This document shows, piece after piece, positions 12,261 to 24,649 of a stretch of 64,000 bases of DNA. Origin of the DNA: Gekko japonicus (taxonomy: Eukaryota); contig NW_015169794.1 in NCBI RefSeq assembly GCF_001447785.1, positions 360,549 through 424,548 on the forward strand. The letters are read 5' to 3'. A program made the position numbers and the translations under genes. The first letter of the stretch is position 1. Each line of letters starts with the position of its first letter. The notes under the pieces were generated by a model. It had not been told where the DNA came from, made no database searches, and saw only the letters and a program-made list of their open reading frames with translations.

Positions 12261-13635
12261 AAGCACCTTTCTGGGATCTCCTGGAATAAGACAAATTCAG
12301 CATATAGTCATAGAATAACCTGGTCAGTTCTAATTTCTTGACAGCTGATAAGCAAAAAAGGAATCCCCAAAAGTATTTCTCTATCACAGACATATTACAT
12401 GACCTTTTGGTGGAAAATTTTAAATACTACTTCTTTATGTTCTCTGCTATGTTGGTTTCCCTTCCAGAGAGAGGTGGGATACAAATATTTTAAATAAATA
12501 GAATAAGATCTTGTAAAGCTGAGATAAGACTCCAGTGGTCTCATCCAGCAGCTCCATGACAGCTTCTTTCCTTTGTTTCATACCACTTTGAAGGTGTGTG
12601 TGTGTGTGTGTATAATTTTTTAAATTCTTTTTTAACAAAAAAAATACAAAATAGAAAATAAAAAAAAATTAATACCTCATCAACCATTAAAGGGTTCATA
12701 CAGATCTTACTAAAATTAAGGATATAAAAATAGTAAATATAGCTTAAAATATATCGTTTAACTAAACAGTATATATCGACATATATTAAATTTGAAGGTA
12801 TATTTGATGGGAGATGTGTATAGTGGTGCTATCCAGAAGGAAAAGGAAGAACTTTTCTGGCTGCATATTGTTCCATTTTGTGGCAGTGGTTTTCTCCCAA
12901 TTCTTAAAAATTCTCTGATGCAAGATGCTTGTTTTTGAAGAAAATCTTTTATGCAGCAGCTGATTCAGTGCAATCAAATGGTTGTCATTTGTAAAATAAG
13001 CATTTATTTCTGACAGGCATTCGTAAATAAGTAATTGATGTTCACACAGTGACAGCTCCAAAACCAACAAGGAACTGCCAGAACAAACAGATCTGCAGTG
13101 CACTCCATCCGATGGCGTACTTATTTTCCATCAGACTCCAGTGATGATGTTCCAAGCTGTGCCCAGATTTGTTGACATCTTCAGGGCAAAACTCATTGCC
13201 TGCTTTCTGCTCTTCCTTTCCTGGCTGCTGCCTTTCAGGAGGAGAGGGGCTTTCCCCCCTAAATGGCACAGCTGTAATTGCAGGAACTCTGAAAGTCTGA
13301 GGGGGTCGGTTACAGCAGCTAGGTCCCATTCCCTTCTTCTGGCACTCTCTACCCACAAATAGATTTCTTGTTAAGTTCTTTTTGCAACCACCTTAAAGGA
13401 ATCTCTTTATACCTCACCTTTCTCCACAGTGGGGGACCCAAAGTGGCCTACTTAATTCTCCTATCCTCCATTTTATCCTCACAACAACCCTGAGAGGCTG
13501 AGTTTGTGTGACTGACCCAAGGTGACCCAGCAAGCTTCCTTGGCAGAGGGGGTATTCAAATATGGGTTGCCTAGATCTTAAGCAGACACTGTACACTATA
13601 TATCATACTGGCCTTACATATAGTGTTGCACTGGG

Positions 13636-13825
13636 AGGGAAGGCGGCATGGCATAGTCTGCGTTTATCAGATCCTGGAAACTAAGCAGGGCCATTACTTG
13701 GATGGGAGACCAACAAGGAAGATTCCGCAGAGGAAGGCAATGGCAAACCACCTCTGCTTCTCACTTGCCTTGAAAGCCCCATGCTTGGTTCACCATAAAT
13801 TGGTTGCAACTCAACAGCATGTACA
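13636..13825 (+). mobile_element. 5S rRNA-derived SINE (5S-Sauria-like)
   Basis: 5S-like head (ggaaactaagcaggg...tacttggatgggagacc) plus an RTE-type tail gaggaaggcaatggcaaaccacctctg. Confidence 0.8.
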
Positions 13826-14389
13826 TATGTTGTATTTGGATGTTGGAGCTCCATGAGCTTAGTCTCTGCAGGATTATATTGTTAATCTGGTATGTGCCAG
13901 AGAAAATTGCATTTGCTAACAGGAGTATTAAGCTTGTCTGGAAAGTGAAAATGACCTGGGTGTTTGCTGACTAAAATGGCATTTGAGGACCATCTGCCTA
14001 TCCACAGCAATGGGAGACAGGGTAGGTAGGACAAAAAGAATCATTACAGTCATGGGCACTGGGAAGGGGCCTGGGAAAAGGGATAAGGGAAGGAACTGAA
14101 GAACAGAATCTGGCTGAGGACTGCGATACTCAAAATGCCTCTGCAGGGAAGCACAGTTAACTTTAATTAGGCCTTGGCAGCAGGAGACTTCAATCACCAG
14201 GTTTACAATAATCCCAAATTACAAATAGAAGATGATTTTAGAAAGTCTACAGTATGTATGTATGTAGGTATGTATGTATGTTTTACGGTATTGTCTAAGC
14301 GTATTACAATATTACAGAGAAAGGCAATAGAGGGCATTTTTGAAGACTCCTTATGTTTCCTTTGGTTTATTAATGGGAAAAAACCCCTT

Positions 14390-14880
14390 AAGGATGTGCA
14401 TCACTAGGATACTATTAATGGGGCATCTGTCTCTGGAACCAGGACTGAAAAAATTAAAGTAGGATGTGTCAGTCAGGTATGCCAGAAGTTGCTCTGCCAA
14501 TATATGATTAATCATATTTCCCAAGTAAGGGAGATGTTAGACTAGTCTATAATTAGCCAGGCTCTCTTTATCTAAGAAGGCCTGTTTAGTCATGGTAGTA
14601 AAGCTCCTCTTGGTGCTTTTAGAAGACTTCCCCCACCTTAGGGATCTGTTAACAATTCTGATCAAAGGAACTCTCACCTTATTTTGGCAAGATATAATTA
14701 GCTGGTTGGAACATGGATCTAAGTGACACAGGGGATGCCTTCACACCGCCAGGAATCCTATCAACATCAGATAGGGGGACCATGCTGAAATGATCCAGGC
14801 AACTTGGATGAGGAAGTGCATCCGACACCTCTGGAAGTGGATCAGCTGTCATCTGGCATCTAAGTCAGAACAGATAAGAA
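14390..14880 (-). mobile_element. Degenerate L2/CR1-type RT fragment
   Basis: Minus strand gives CHLDPCS...LANYRLV*HLPYLGNMINHILAEQLLAYL, the NYRPIS/LPFLGK RT motif region, with stops. Confidence 0.7.
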
Positions 14881-15302
14881 AAGTTTTCTTTGCAAGAAAA
14901 AAAAAATCTGCCAGAATGTCACAATGGCCGCAGTGGGCTCCTCCTCTCCAAAGGAGCTAGCCTTAAGTGTTAACAAGACTGACAGTTTTAAAAAGCTTTG
15001 GGGTATGAGAAGCAGCTCTGCCCCTTCATCTGCACAGGCCCTTCACGGGTTCACTTTTTTGTCACAGCAGAATGGAACAGAATTATGGGGAGTGATTTTG
15101 TTTCAGTTCTTCCTTGTCCAATGGCTGAGTTTGTCTAGGAACAAAATTGTTTATTGAACTCCATACATTCACTTGTTACTCCTGGAAATTTAGAGTTGCT
15201 TTGATTTTTGGCTTTGTAAAACCCATGAAACATTCTTTCCAAGAGCGCAAAGAAACAATAATCCCAAATTACAAATAGAAGATGATTTTATAAAGTCTAC
15301 AG

Positions 15303-15350
15303 TATGTATGTATGTATGTATGTATGTATGTATGTATGTATGTATGTATG
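15303..15350. repeat. (TATG)n microsatellite
   Basis: About 12 units, read directly from the sequence. Confidence 0.95.
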
Positions 15351-15997
15351 TTTTACTGCATTGTCTAAGCTTATTACAATATTACTTTGCTTTGGGGAAA
15401 TTTTAGTTTGTTTCCTTTATACTGAAAATTTCAAGGTATATATTTGTCCATTTTTGCAAATATGTGCCAGTTCCCTTTCTCTTTCTCAGCCTCCTCTGGA
15501 GCACAGTCTATACGAAAGTTGCACACAATGACCTTTGGTTGCTTTGCAGATTGGGCAAGATCCAACACAAGTGAGTTGTTTCTCTAAAAGCACTGGAATG
15601 GAATATTCACATGTATCCTGATCCTCTCCTTGTTTATTCAATAAATTCCAGTTATATCAGTGGAACTTTCTTCTAAGAGTGCATATGATTGTGCCTAATC
15701 AGGATTTGTTTATGTACAATAGGTTTCAGTGGGACTAATAATGCAAGCCTTTGTATCCTTACTTAGGAGTAGCTTCATTGCTCACAGTAGGATATGTGTG
15801 CATTTATTATTTATTTGCTTACTTCATTTATACCATTCCTCTCTCCCCAATGGGGCCCAAAAAAAGCTTGTATCATTTCCCTCTTCTCCATTTCATCTTT
15901 ATGTGCACAGGACCGAGCTATCCGACGCAGATATATAGCAAAAGCAAGAGTGGTTGTCGTAAGTGATTAAAAGCATGCCTTTCAGGTAGTGGCTTAG

Positions 15998-16210
15998 GGC
16001 CAGTTCACACATTACAAAAATAATCTAGGAAGTTGCACAAATCCCCCATGTATATCATCATGTTTTACATGTTTGTAAATCACAGCGTGTACATGAAGCA
16101 ATTTACATGTGTGTATGATTATCACATGCGTTGATCTACATAGGGGATTTGTGCAATTTCCGACATGGAAATGACTTTTCACATAGGACTTTTGTAATGT
16201 GTGGGGTGGC
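15998..16210. mobile_element. Palindromic MITE
   Basis: Inverted arms cacacattacaaaa / ttttgtaatgtgtg and ttgcacaaatcccc / ggggatttgtgcaa. Confidence 0.7.
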
Positions 16211-16644
16211 TGTTATTCACAAAGCACTTAGTGTTTGGATAGAAAATATATTAATCACCAGGGGGTTAACAGTCTGTTGTAATGATTGAGGGAACCCAAA
16301 GCCTCTATTTTCTCTGCAGTAGGGTTATAAGTTCAAATGTTCAAGTTAAACTAAATTCATTTTAAAGGTGTTTTATGGGTTAACTTCTAAGACAAGAGCA
16401 AAGAGATGTAAGTGAGGTGCCTCTTTTACATGTTCAGTATAATTGATCTGATATAGATTGATGCAAAACCCATTTTATGACACAAGCACAAATGTAACAG
16501 ACACCACAGTCATAAAAGTAATGGAAACAAATGGTTGGAAAAAATGTAGACATACTCATCTTGACATCCTGAGCACAGTTGTACTAATCTAAGTCTATTG
16601 AAGTCAAAGGGCTTAGAAGGATATAAGTATGCTTAGGATGGTAC

Positions 16645-17640
16645 TTGGGATGGCACTGCCCTTGAAGACTGTCCAGAAGCTACAGCTGGTACAAAATGAA
16701 CGCTAACTGGAGTGGGTCGTACGGACCATACCATTCCAGTCTTGTTCCATCAAGACTGGGGCCAATTCAAGGTGCTTTATGGCTTTGGGTCAATGTACTT
16801 GAAGGATTGCCTATTTCCATATGAACCTATCCAACATTTCCAGTCAACTTTGAAGGGGCCCCTGCCATCTGAGGCAAGACGTGTGGCAACCAGAGAAAGG
16901 ATCTTCTTGGTCCTAGCACCAAAACTTTAGAATTCCCACCCTCCCCGGGGAAATTCACCTGTCTCCCTGTATTTTTGTCTCCCCCCAGTGGGTGGAGCCT
17001 TTTTTGTTTTGTTTGACATTCCTTCTCTAACTCTAATTAGCCCTCCCTCCTCCCTGTTTGTGTGTTCTTATGTTTTATTTTTTATGAGCTAATGTCTTTA
17101 TAAAATGTTTTATTTAATTGTTTTAGATATTTTATACATATTTGCAGGGCTTTTTTGTAGAAAAAGCCCAGCAGGAACTCATTAGCATATTAGGCCACAC
17201 CCACAACAGCACATCTCATTAGCATATTAGGCCACACCCCTGTGTTACCAGAAGTGTGGTTATCCAGCCACACCCACCTTTTGCTTCTTAGTCTGTTTAC
17301 CTTGTTTGTTGTCAAAACCCAGGGCTTTTTTTGGAGCAGGAACGCCTTTGCATGTTAGGCCACACACCCCTAATGTAGCCAATCCTAATGAGTTCCTGCC
17401 ACTGGGTGTGGCCTATTATGGTGTGGCCTATTATGCTAATGAGTTCCTGCTGGGTGTGGCCAACTTGGGAGCCAGCCGGAACTCCGTTCCTGTGCGTCAT
17501 TCCTGCCCAAAAATACTGCATATTTGTATTTTAAATGCTTTTAAAAGTTTGAAATAGTCTTAATGTTTGCCACCTTGGGTACCCTGAATTGTGTGGAAAG
17601 GTTGCATAGAAATGTTTTAAATAGAATAAATACATATGAA
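16645..17640 (+). mobile_element. Old L2 3' fragment, interrupted by a hAT MITE
   Basis: PLKTVQKLQLVQN-like coding relic followed by a T-rich 3' UTR and tail. Confidence 0.7.
17145..17518. mobile_element. hAT MITE (CAGGG family), composite with two similar ends
   Basis: Perfect 8-bp TSD catatttg at 17137-17144 and 17519-17526; cagggctttttt occurs at both 17145 and 17320. Confidence 0.85.
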
Positions 17641-18111
17641 GAAGGTTCCATGACTTCTGTCTAGGATACATTTGCGAGCGCAGTATTCCCCTTCACACAT
17701 TATAGTGCCTGCCATGGAGGCATGTGGTGAGGAAGTGAGAACTCATCTCTCACATAACATGTGAACCAATAACCAGATGACCAATTTCTAAATACTACTG
17801 ATGCTATCAGCAGGACAGGAATGTGCTAAGAAATTCAAGTCCCCCATTTCCCATCACTGCTCCACCTATAGAGGTCAGCATGCAGCAGAGCTATTTGTTT
17901 ATTTATTTAAAACATTTATAAGGCAACCTTTCTTCAAGATAACTGGGACCCAGCATAGAATGCAACAATAAAATCAGCACAAAATAATATAATTCTGAAA
18001 CCAATGGAATTAAAACAGGGAGCTCCATTTGTTAAGACTCCTACAGACCAATTCTCTTAAGAGACCAAAGGATTTTCTAAGAGGGCAAATACCACCTTCC
18101 CTTTTGTATTC

Positions 18112-18156
18112 NNNNNNNNNNNNNNNNNNNNNNNNNNNNNNNNNNNNNNNNNNNNN
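18112..18156. other. Assembly gap (45 N)
   Basis: N run. Confidence 1.
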
Positions 18157-20664
18157 AGGCCAAATCCCATCTTCCAGATGTTCAGCAAGAATCGTCTTTC
18201 ATTTGATGACCAATATCTTGGAATATTATATATAAGTTGGAAGTAAAATATTTTACCCAAACTGAATAAATGGCTCCGAAAAGCACGGTATTTTATGGTA
18301 TTGTCCACTACAACCTGCAGCAAGTATTAGTGGCAAATGTGGACAAAGTTGAATCAGAAATTTATGTTACAATGGGGGGGGGGTCCTGTGAGGTAAACCT
18401 GAGGGAGGGGAAACCCCACTCTCCCTACTCCCTACCCATATCCACTTTCTCTCATCTTGCTCACTCCCCCTTTTCCTTTTGCTGCCTACTCCTCCTTCCC
18501 TCATCCACCTGTTACTGCCATCTTCTTTCCTCAACCCTCCCATTTCTGCAGTCTCCTCCAGCCTCCATCAGAGGAAATCTTCCTTCATGACATGTCATCT
18601 TTACCTATTGAAGGAAGTTCGTTTCTCTCATAGGGAGTGGGAGAGACTTACAGGATCCAGTCCAATGACTGTTGCTTGCCAAGTCCGTTGTTCACTGAAC
18701 ATCTGCTTTGTGGTTGGGCCAAATTACATGTGATGGAGGTTTCCACGTGTATTCATGGATTTGCCCATTCATATGTAAAGCTGGAGGGACTTTTGTTCTT
18801 TTACAGAAGATGGAATGTGCAGATCTCTGCCCCCATCTTATTATCTTGTTGTACTCCACAGCATTTTCACTTTTCTTCTTGCACATTATCAGTACCAGAA
18901 GTAAGTCGGCATGGAAGAAGAATGCTTAAAACAATAGGAAGTGTTTATAGATGCCCCACTCCCTTGCACATGAATGGTCAGAGAAATGAATGCATCCAGA
19001 TGGAGACTGCTCGTTGTGTCTAGAATGGCCATTCTGTACACTTTGTTCCCATCTCTTGGTAACAGAAGAAAAACCAAAATCAACATTTGTTGGGGAAAAC
19101 AACTCCAGAACTCTGGTGCTTTTTGCCAATGATGACTTACAGAAGCTTTTTAATTTTTTAATTTATTGTTAACATTTTTACCCCGCCCTCCCCACGAGTG
19201 GGCACAGGGCGGTTTATAAGAGGGCACAAGCTTTTGAAGAATCTGCTTCTACTTGGGCTCAATAGAAGAAGAAGAAAACTATTTATTGAAACATTTGTTT
19301 AAAGATCTATTTTAGAATTTCTGTGTTGCTTTTCTCCCCACCGGGGGCTTCAAGCAGTTTACAAAGAATATAAAAATACGACATATTCAAACAAAGAGAA
19401 AAAATCAGTGGAGCTCCTAAACTGGACCTCCATCCCCTGGACCAGTTCACTAATGGCAACGGGCTAGGAGGCAAGGCCTAAGAATCAAGGGCAAAGGTCC
19501 CTTTGATTCTTGCCCTTCAGCATAAGCTGAAGGCTGTGCCCAGCCTTTCAAAACCTGCAAGAAGGTAGGAAACAGAAGCACAACCCAGATCTCATTAAGC
19601 TAGCAGAAGTGTTTCCAAGATCCCGCTACCCTGCTATTTGACATAGGTCTGAGAGTCTAGACATAAGCCTAAGACTTGCAAATTGTTCCACTTGTGGACA
19701 AAACCCTACAGTAGTTCCACTGGGACTTGTCAACGTGGCATAAAGCCAGGAAGAAATGTGGCTTCCAGAATCAGATATGATCCACCACATGCTGTACTTG
19801 GAAGTATAAAAATAGGGTTGCCAGGTCTCCCCGGCCACTGGTGGAGGGGGGGGGATTATAGTTGCCAGCTCCAGGTTGGAAAACTCCTGGAGATTTGGGG
19901 ATGGGACCTGGGCGGGACAGGAACCTCAACAAGGTGCAATCCCACAAAGTCTTTCCTCCATAGTATCCATTTTCTCCAAGGGAACTGATGAACGGTCCCA
20001 TCTGGAGATGGGAATCCCTTTGTACAAATAAGAAGAGTTATACCAATATTATGCACAGACATGTTCCCATGAGTACTCCAAGAGGAATCCATGTGCATTT
20101 GGAAATAAAATAAGCAAACTCTTACAAAAGGAATGAAATCCCTCCATTCCACCCCCTGCACAAACTGCAATTTACTGTGTATGATTTACTCTTACTACTT
20201 TTGAGCTATTGTAAAGCCCAGTATGTACTCAGTGTTTGGGTCAGATTTGTAATCTTCTTCAAGAGAAATGCAGTTTTCTTGTTTCCAGTAAAGAGCTTAT
20301 GCAAAGTGCTGAGTGGTTGGCCTTCCTAACAATCACATAACTGTGATCCCATCCCTCCCCAAAGTGATTTTCCAAGTTTTAAAATTGATTTATTGGGTAA
20401 ATATGCAAAAAGCTTGATTTTTTTTTTAAACAAAGGCACCTGCTGGAACAAACAGGATGGAGCACAGAGGAAGAGGAAATCAGTCTTGGATTCAGAGCGA
20501 ATAGGCATGTTATTTGAGCAGCAAAGTCAAAGGAATACCAGGTTCAAACAAACAGAAAAACTCTCTCTTGCTTCTTGATACCATTGTATGTACACTTCAA
20601 CACTCTATTTCTTATTGTATACATTTATTTTGTTTTTTTTAAAGGGGCAGTGTCTATAAATGGT

Positions 20665-20760
20665 AGAAAAGAGCAAGAGTTCAGAAGCACCTTAAAGACT
20701 AAAAGAAATTTGTGGTAGGATATGAGCTTTCATGAGTGACTGTTCACTTCTTCAGATATC
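20665..20760 (-). mobile_element. Penelope-like terminal fragment with minimal hammerhead core
   Basis: gcaccttaaagactaa signature and minus-strand CTGAAGA...GAAAGCTC. Confidence 0.65.
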
Positions 20761-20930
20761 TATATATCTATAAAGTTATCAAGTTAATGATTATCAAGTT
20801 AGACCCTGTGTGATGCAAAACTGATATGATGGAAATGGATTTACTCCATGATTATTTACATACATACAGTTTCAGAAAACAACATGGGGATGGACAATTG
20901 TTAGGGCATGAAGTTTGTTTCAGGGATGAT

Positions 20931-21243
20931 CAGGGGTCTTGTTGTAGAAAAAGAGCTGCCGGAGCTCATTAGCATAACTCATTAGCATAACTTATTTGCA
21001 TATGCCACGCCCCCTGACATCACCGGAAGTGACAGAAGGCCACACCCCCTGACATCACCGGAAGTGTGTCAGAAGGCCCGGCTACTTACCCTCCTGCTTC
21101 ATCCTCATTCCCAAACGGAATGAGGATCGAAGCAGAGGGCGGGGTAAAGAAGGGGGCGGGGCTTCACCACGTGACCGCCCCGCCCCCTAGAGGTTCTCTT
21201 CCGGAGCTCCGTACCTGAGAGCTCCCCCCCGACTAGAGCCCTG
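20931..21243. mobile_element. hAT MITE (CAGGG...CCCTG)
   Basis: Perfect 8-bp TSD gggatgat at 20923-20930 and 21244-21251; CpG-rich, with internal tandem motif repeats. Confidence 0.9.
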
Positions 21244-21371
21244 GGGATGATCATCTGCAGTTTTGCAAAACAAGCATATGGGATGACTCTGACACCATCA
21301 TGTCTCATGTCCAAGTCTCATAGTCTTTGCTGAATGGTAAGTAATCAAGGATTCAGATGGGTGAAGAAAAG

Positions 21372-21641
21372 GAGAAGAAGAGATTGGATTTCTACCCCAC
21401 CCTTCACTTGGAGTCTCAGAGCAGCTTACAAACTCCTTTCCCTTCCCCTCCCCACAACAGACACCCTGTGAGGTGGGTGGGGCTGAGAGAACTCTGACAC
21501 AAACTGCTCCTTTTCAAGGACAGCTGTGCTAGAGCTTGTGACTGACCCAAGGTCACATCAGCAGGTGCAAGTGGAGGAGTGGGGAATCAAACCAGGTTCT
21601 CCCAGATTCGAGTCTGCACACTTAACCACTACACCAAACTG
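21372..21641 (-). mobile_element. tRNA-headed SINE, long form
   Basis: Same family; head accactacaccaaact. Confidence 0.87.
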
Positions 21642-21716
21642 AGTGAGACAGATATATATGGCCTGGAATCACTTTCCAAATCTTATCTACCATGAGCCCT
21701 GTCATGGTCTGTGTCA

Positions 21717-22418
21717 TGTTGTGAGGCAAGACTAGCCTGTGTTCCCCCCCCCCCACTTTACTGCTGCCATCACCACTTTGTGTAAAATCCAGTCCCCCTC
21801 TTTCTCACGTGTGTTGCCTGAGGCCAACCTCACAGAGGTGTTGCTCAGTAGTGTACCAAGTGGCCAGGCAGGTAGGTAAGGACTTGTGGGGACTCTCTCA
21901 AGTTAAACAAACTTTATTTCTACAAGGCACAAACCTGGGATATAACAAAGGACAGAATTTAGGTGCACAAAGGAAAATAGACAAAAAGACACTCACTAAG
22001 CTTACAATCCATGCTACATCTGATCTCTGGAAGTTGCAGGATGCCCCCATTCCTGGTACATCTGCAACTCTCTTTAGCATCATTCTCCTCTGTAATTCTT
22101 CATGGTAAAACACACAGTCCCAAAGAGTTTCCAAAATGAAGTGCCCCCAAACAAAGAAACAGCTTCCCTTTTCAGACTCCAGCCCATGTGTGTTCTGGGG
22201 CCTTCAGCCAATCTGGTTATAAACCTTGGGGATCATCCCCACCAGTTCTGGACCCTCTAATCAAGTGGTGTTAACACATCAAAAGACTATTGTGTTATCC
22301 TTCCCAGGTGGAAAAGGATGATTCTCCCCTTCTTCCTAGCCACAGAGACACCTGGACTACTTCCCATCACCATAACTGTCGAGGCGTCTCTTGCCCCTCT
22401 GCCCCATATCTCACTACA
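21717..22418 (-). mobile_element. Probable solo LTR
   Basis: Terminal inverted 9-mers tgttgtgag / ctcactaca (TG...CA) and a minus-strand AATAAA at about 21913. No TSD match. Confidence 0.55.
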
Positions 22419-22785
22419 AACCCTTTTGGAATAAGTCAGGTTAATAATGTAGAAAGGCAGAAAAATACATGAAATGGAGGGATGTCTTCAAATTGAGATG
22501 AACCCAAGCACACTGATAGTACAACTGCAGTGCATTTTTGTGTGAGCTGTGACATCTGAAGATGTAGGGTTAGGAAAATCCTCCAGATGAATTTAGAAGA
22601 AAATCCTTAGGTGAAATAGCATTAGTATACCCCTCTCTCTGGCAAAGGATGTCATCCATCTCTGAAACATCATCAGTTCTCACTCAACTTGTGGTGTTTG
22701 CAATGGACTGTGGATGCCTATAGAACAATTCTTGGTGTTTCCAAAGGACTTCGGATATTCATAAAGTCCATAGAGGAAACTCTTG

Positions 22786-23404
22786 GGCTGAGTTCAGACT
22801 GGCAGTTTGAAGTGGGGGGGAGCCATTGCAAAAAAGAACCGGAACAAACTGTTCTGGGTTTTCCCGGTCACACTGCGTGGATTGATGCGAGAGCATACCA
22901 GGAGGAGGCACGAGGGAGTGTTCACACTGTTGGCCTGGAGGTGCGGCTATAAGCGGCGTTTTCCTCATGGCAGGCACCTGGGCGCCTAGGCACGGCGGCA
23001 AATAGGGCAGGATCTGGCCGTTGTGAGCCATAGGCACATCCAGTGACATCACTGCCCCCTCTTCAAGGCAATCACCTGCACCTTCCTGGTGCCAGAGTGA
23101 GGCTAGGAGGACAGTCAGCATAAACAGCCAGCACACATTTTTAAGGCAGGCTGTTCCCAGCTTTTAGCGGTTAGTGTTCACACTTCCGGGAAGCAGAATG
23201 AAGTGTGATAAACGGGCTCTCCAGGGTTTGCTACCACTTTCACCAGGTATCTTTTAAACCCGGAAGTGAAACGCTACAACATGGGTTGAGTTCAGGTGGG
23301 GAATGCCAGACAGATGTGCCTGTGTAAATGGCCCCTTTAATCCGCTTGTGAAGCGTTCCTCACACACACCTATATCAGAGCAAACTGCCAGTCTGAACTC
23401 GGCT
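22786..23404. mobile_element. PIF/Harbinger-like MITE
   Basis: About 23-bp TIR gctgagttcagactggcagtttg / caaactgccagtctgaactcggc, 3-bp TSD ttg, CpG-rich interior. Confidence 0.8.
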
Positions 23405-23479
23405 TTGGTGTTTCTAAAGGGGTTATGTAGCTCACTTACTGCTCGTTACCTTTGACCTGTGCCCCAAGCAGGATGGTCC

Positions 23480-23680
23480 AAGGTAGCATGATATTGTCAG
23501 GTATCAGAAGCTAAGCGGGGTCAGCCTTGGTTAGTGCTTGGATGGGGGGGCCACCACCAAAAAGTCCAGTGTTGCTATGCAGAGGCAGGCAATGGAAAAC
23601 TGGCTCTGTGCGTCTCTTGCCTCGAAAACATTATGCAAATGCCAGAAGTCAGCTGCAAATTGACAGCACTTTCCATCACC
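23480..23680 (+). mobile_element. 5S rRNA-derived SINE
   Basis: gaagctaagcggggtcagccttggttagtgcttggatggg (5S internal control region) plus the same tail. Confidence 0.75.
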
Positions 23681-24649
23681 ACCTTTGATCTATAAGGAAT
23701 CAGGCAAACATACAAAGACAAATATGAAAAGGGCCACTTCATATATTTAATCTTATTATACATTTCTTTCTAAATTACAAAGTCAACAAGTTGCAAGTAT
23801 AGTTTGCTACAAAGCTTTCTGTACGAAATATCTTCTATAAGAAAATACATCTCATTAAACATTTCCTGTAAATAAATTATTTCAAATACTAGATCTGGCA
23901 GGAAAATAAGGGAAGGGCATGCAGAAGCCACCTGATAACCTTTAAACGAGGGGGAGTTCTGACTTTGCAACTGCTGGGCGTGCCAAAGGACGCCTTCTTG
24001 TCATCTCACAGAGGCAAAAGGGTTAGGGGTATGTAGATACCATCCCGTTCAGCAAAAGGGGAAATGTCTCATGGAAATTATGTACCTGATGACCTTGTTC
24101 TTGCTTTCATTGCACTTGCAGAAACCGGGCACAGCGCCTACATCAATCTGAAACAAGGCCCAGTGGGATGCAGTATTGAACCTTTGCAGTTTAAAGTTTA
24201 AATAATCTGTATAATTTTTAAAAAAAGAAATAATGAAACAGAGGCCTAAACTCTGAGGTGGTGTTACAGGCAAATGCTCATGAATGGAGCTCTCCCAGTT
24301 TTAAAGAGAATGAAAAACAATCCTGAGAGGCTGCAGTTTTGAACAGAAGTGCTGTGTGGCTGAAAGGAGAATTTCGTCGGCCATTTTCTGTTCAAAATCC
24401 CCTCCACAGCTACTTTCCCCTCCCAATAGGTTTCCATTTGTATATTTTCAAGGGTAGCTGCACCTCTGGACCTCTGCTGGAGAAAAGTAGCTTGGGGGAG
24501 GGGGGAGGGGGGAGGGAGATTCTGAGTGTGGAAAAAAGAGCCAACAGAGAAAGGACCAAGTGATTCCTTCCCCCATTCCTCTGCCACATTTCCCAGCCTC
24601 CTGAAGGTGGTTTTCATTTCCACAATATCTCTTTGGGCTTTGTTGCAAA

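Larger units (their letters stand above)
14205..15385. repeat. Direct repeats 14205-14315 and 15255-15385 bracketing 939 bp
   Basis: acaataatcccaaattacaaatagaagatg...(TATG)n...tattacaatattac occurs in both copies. Confidence 0.92.

Noticed and set aside
17178-21075. Short spaced repeats (ctcattagcat, tgacatcaccggaagtg) resembling a CRISPR-like array
   Set aside because: Only 2-3 units, inside TSD-bounded hAT MITEs in a vertebrate genome, with no unique spacers or cas genes.
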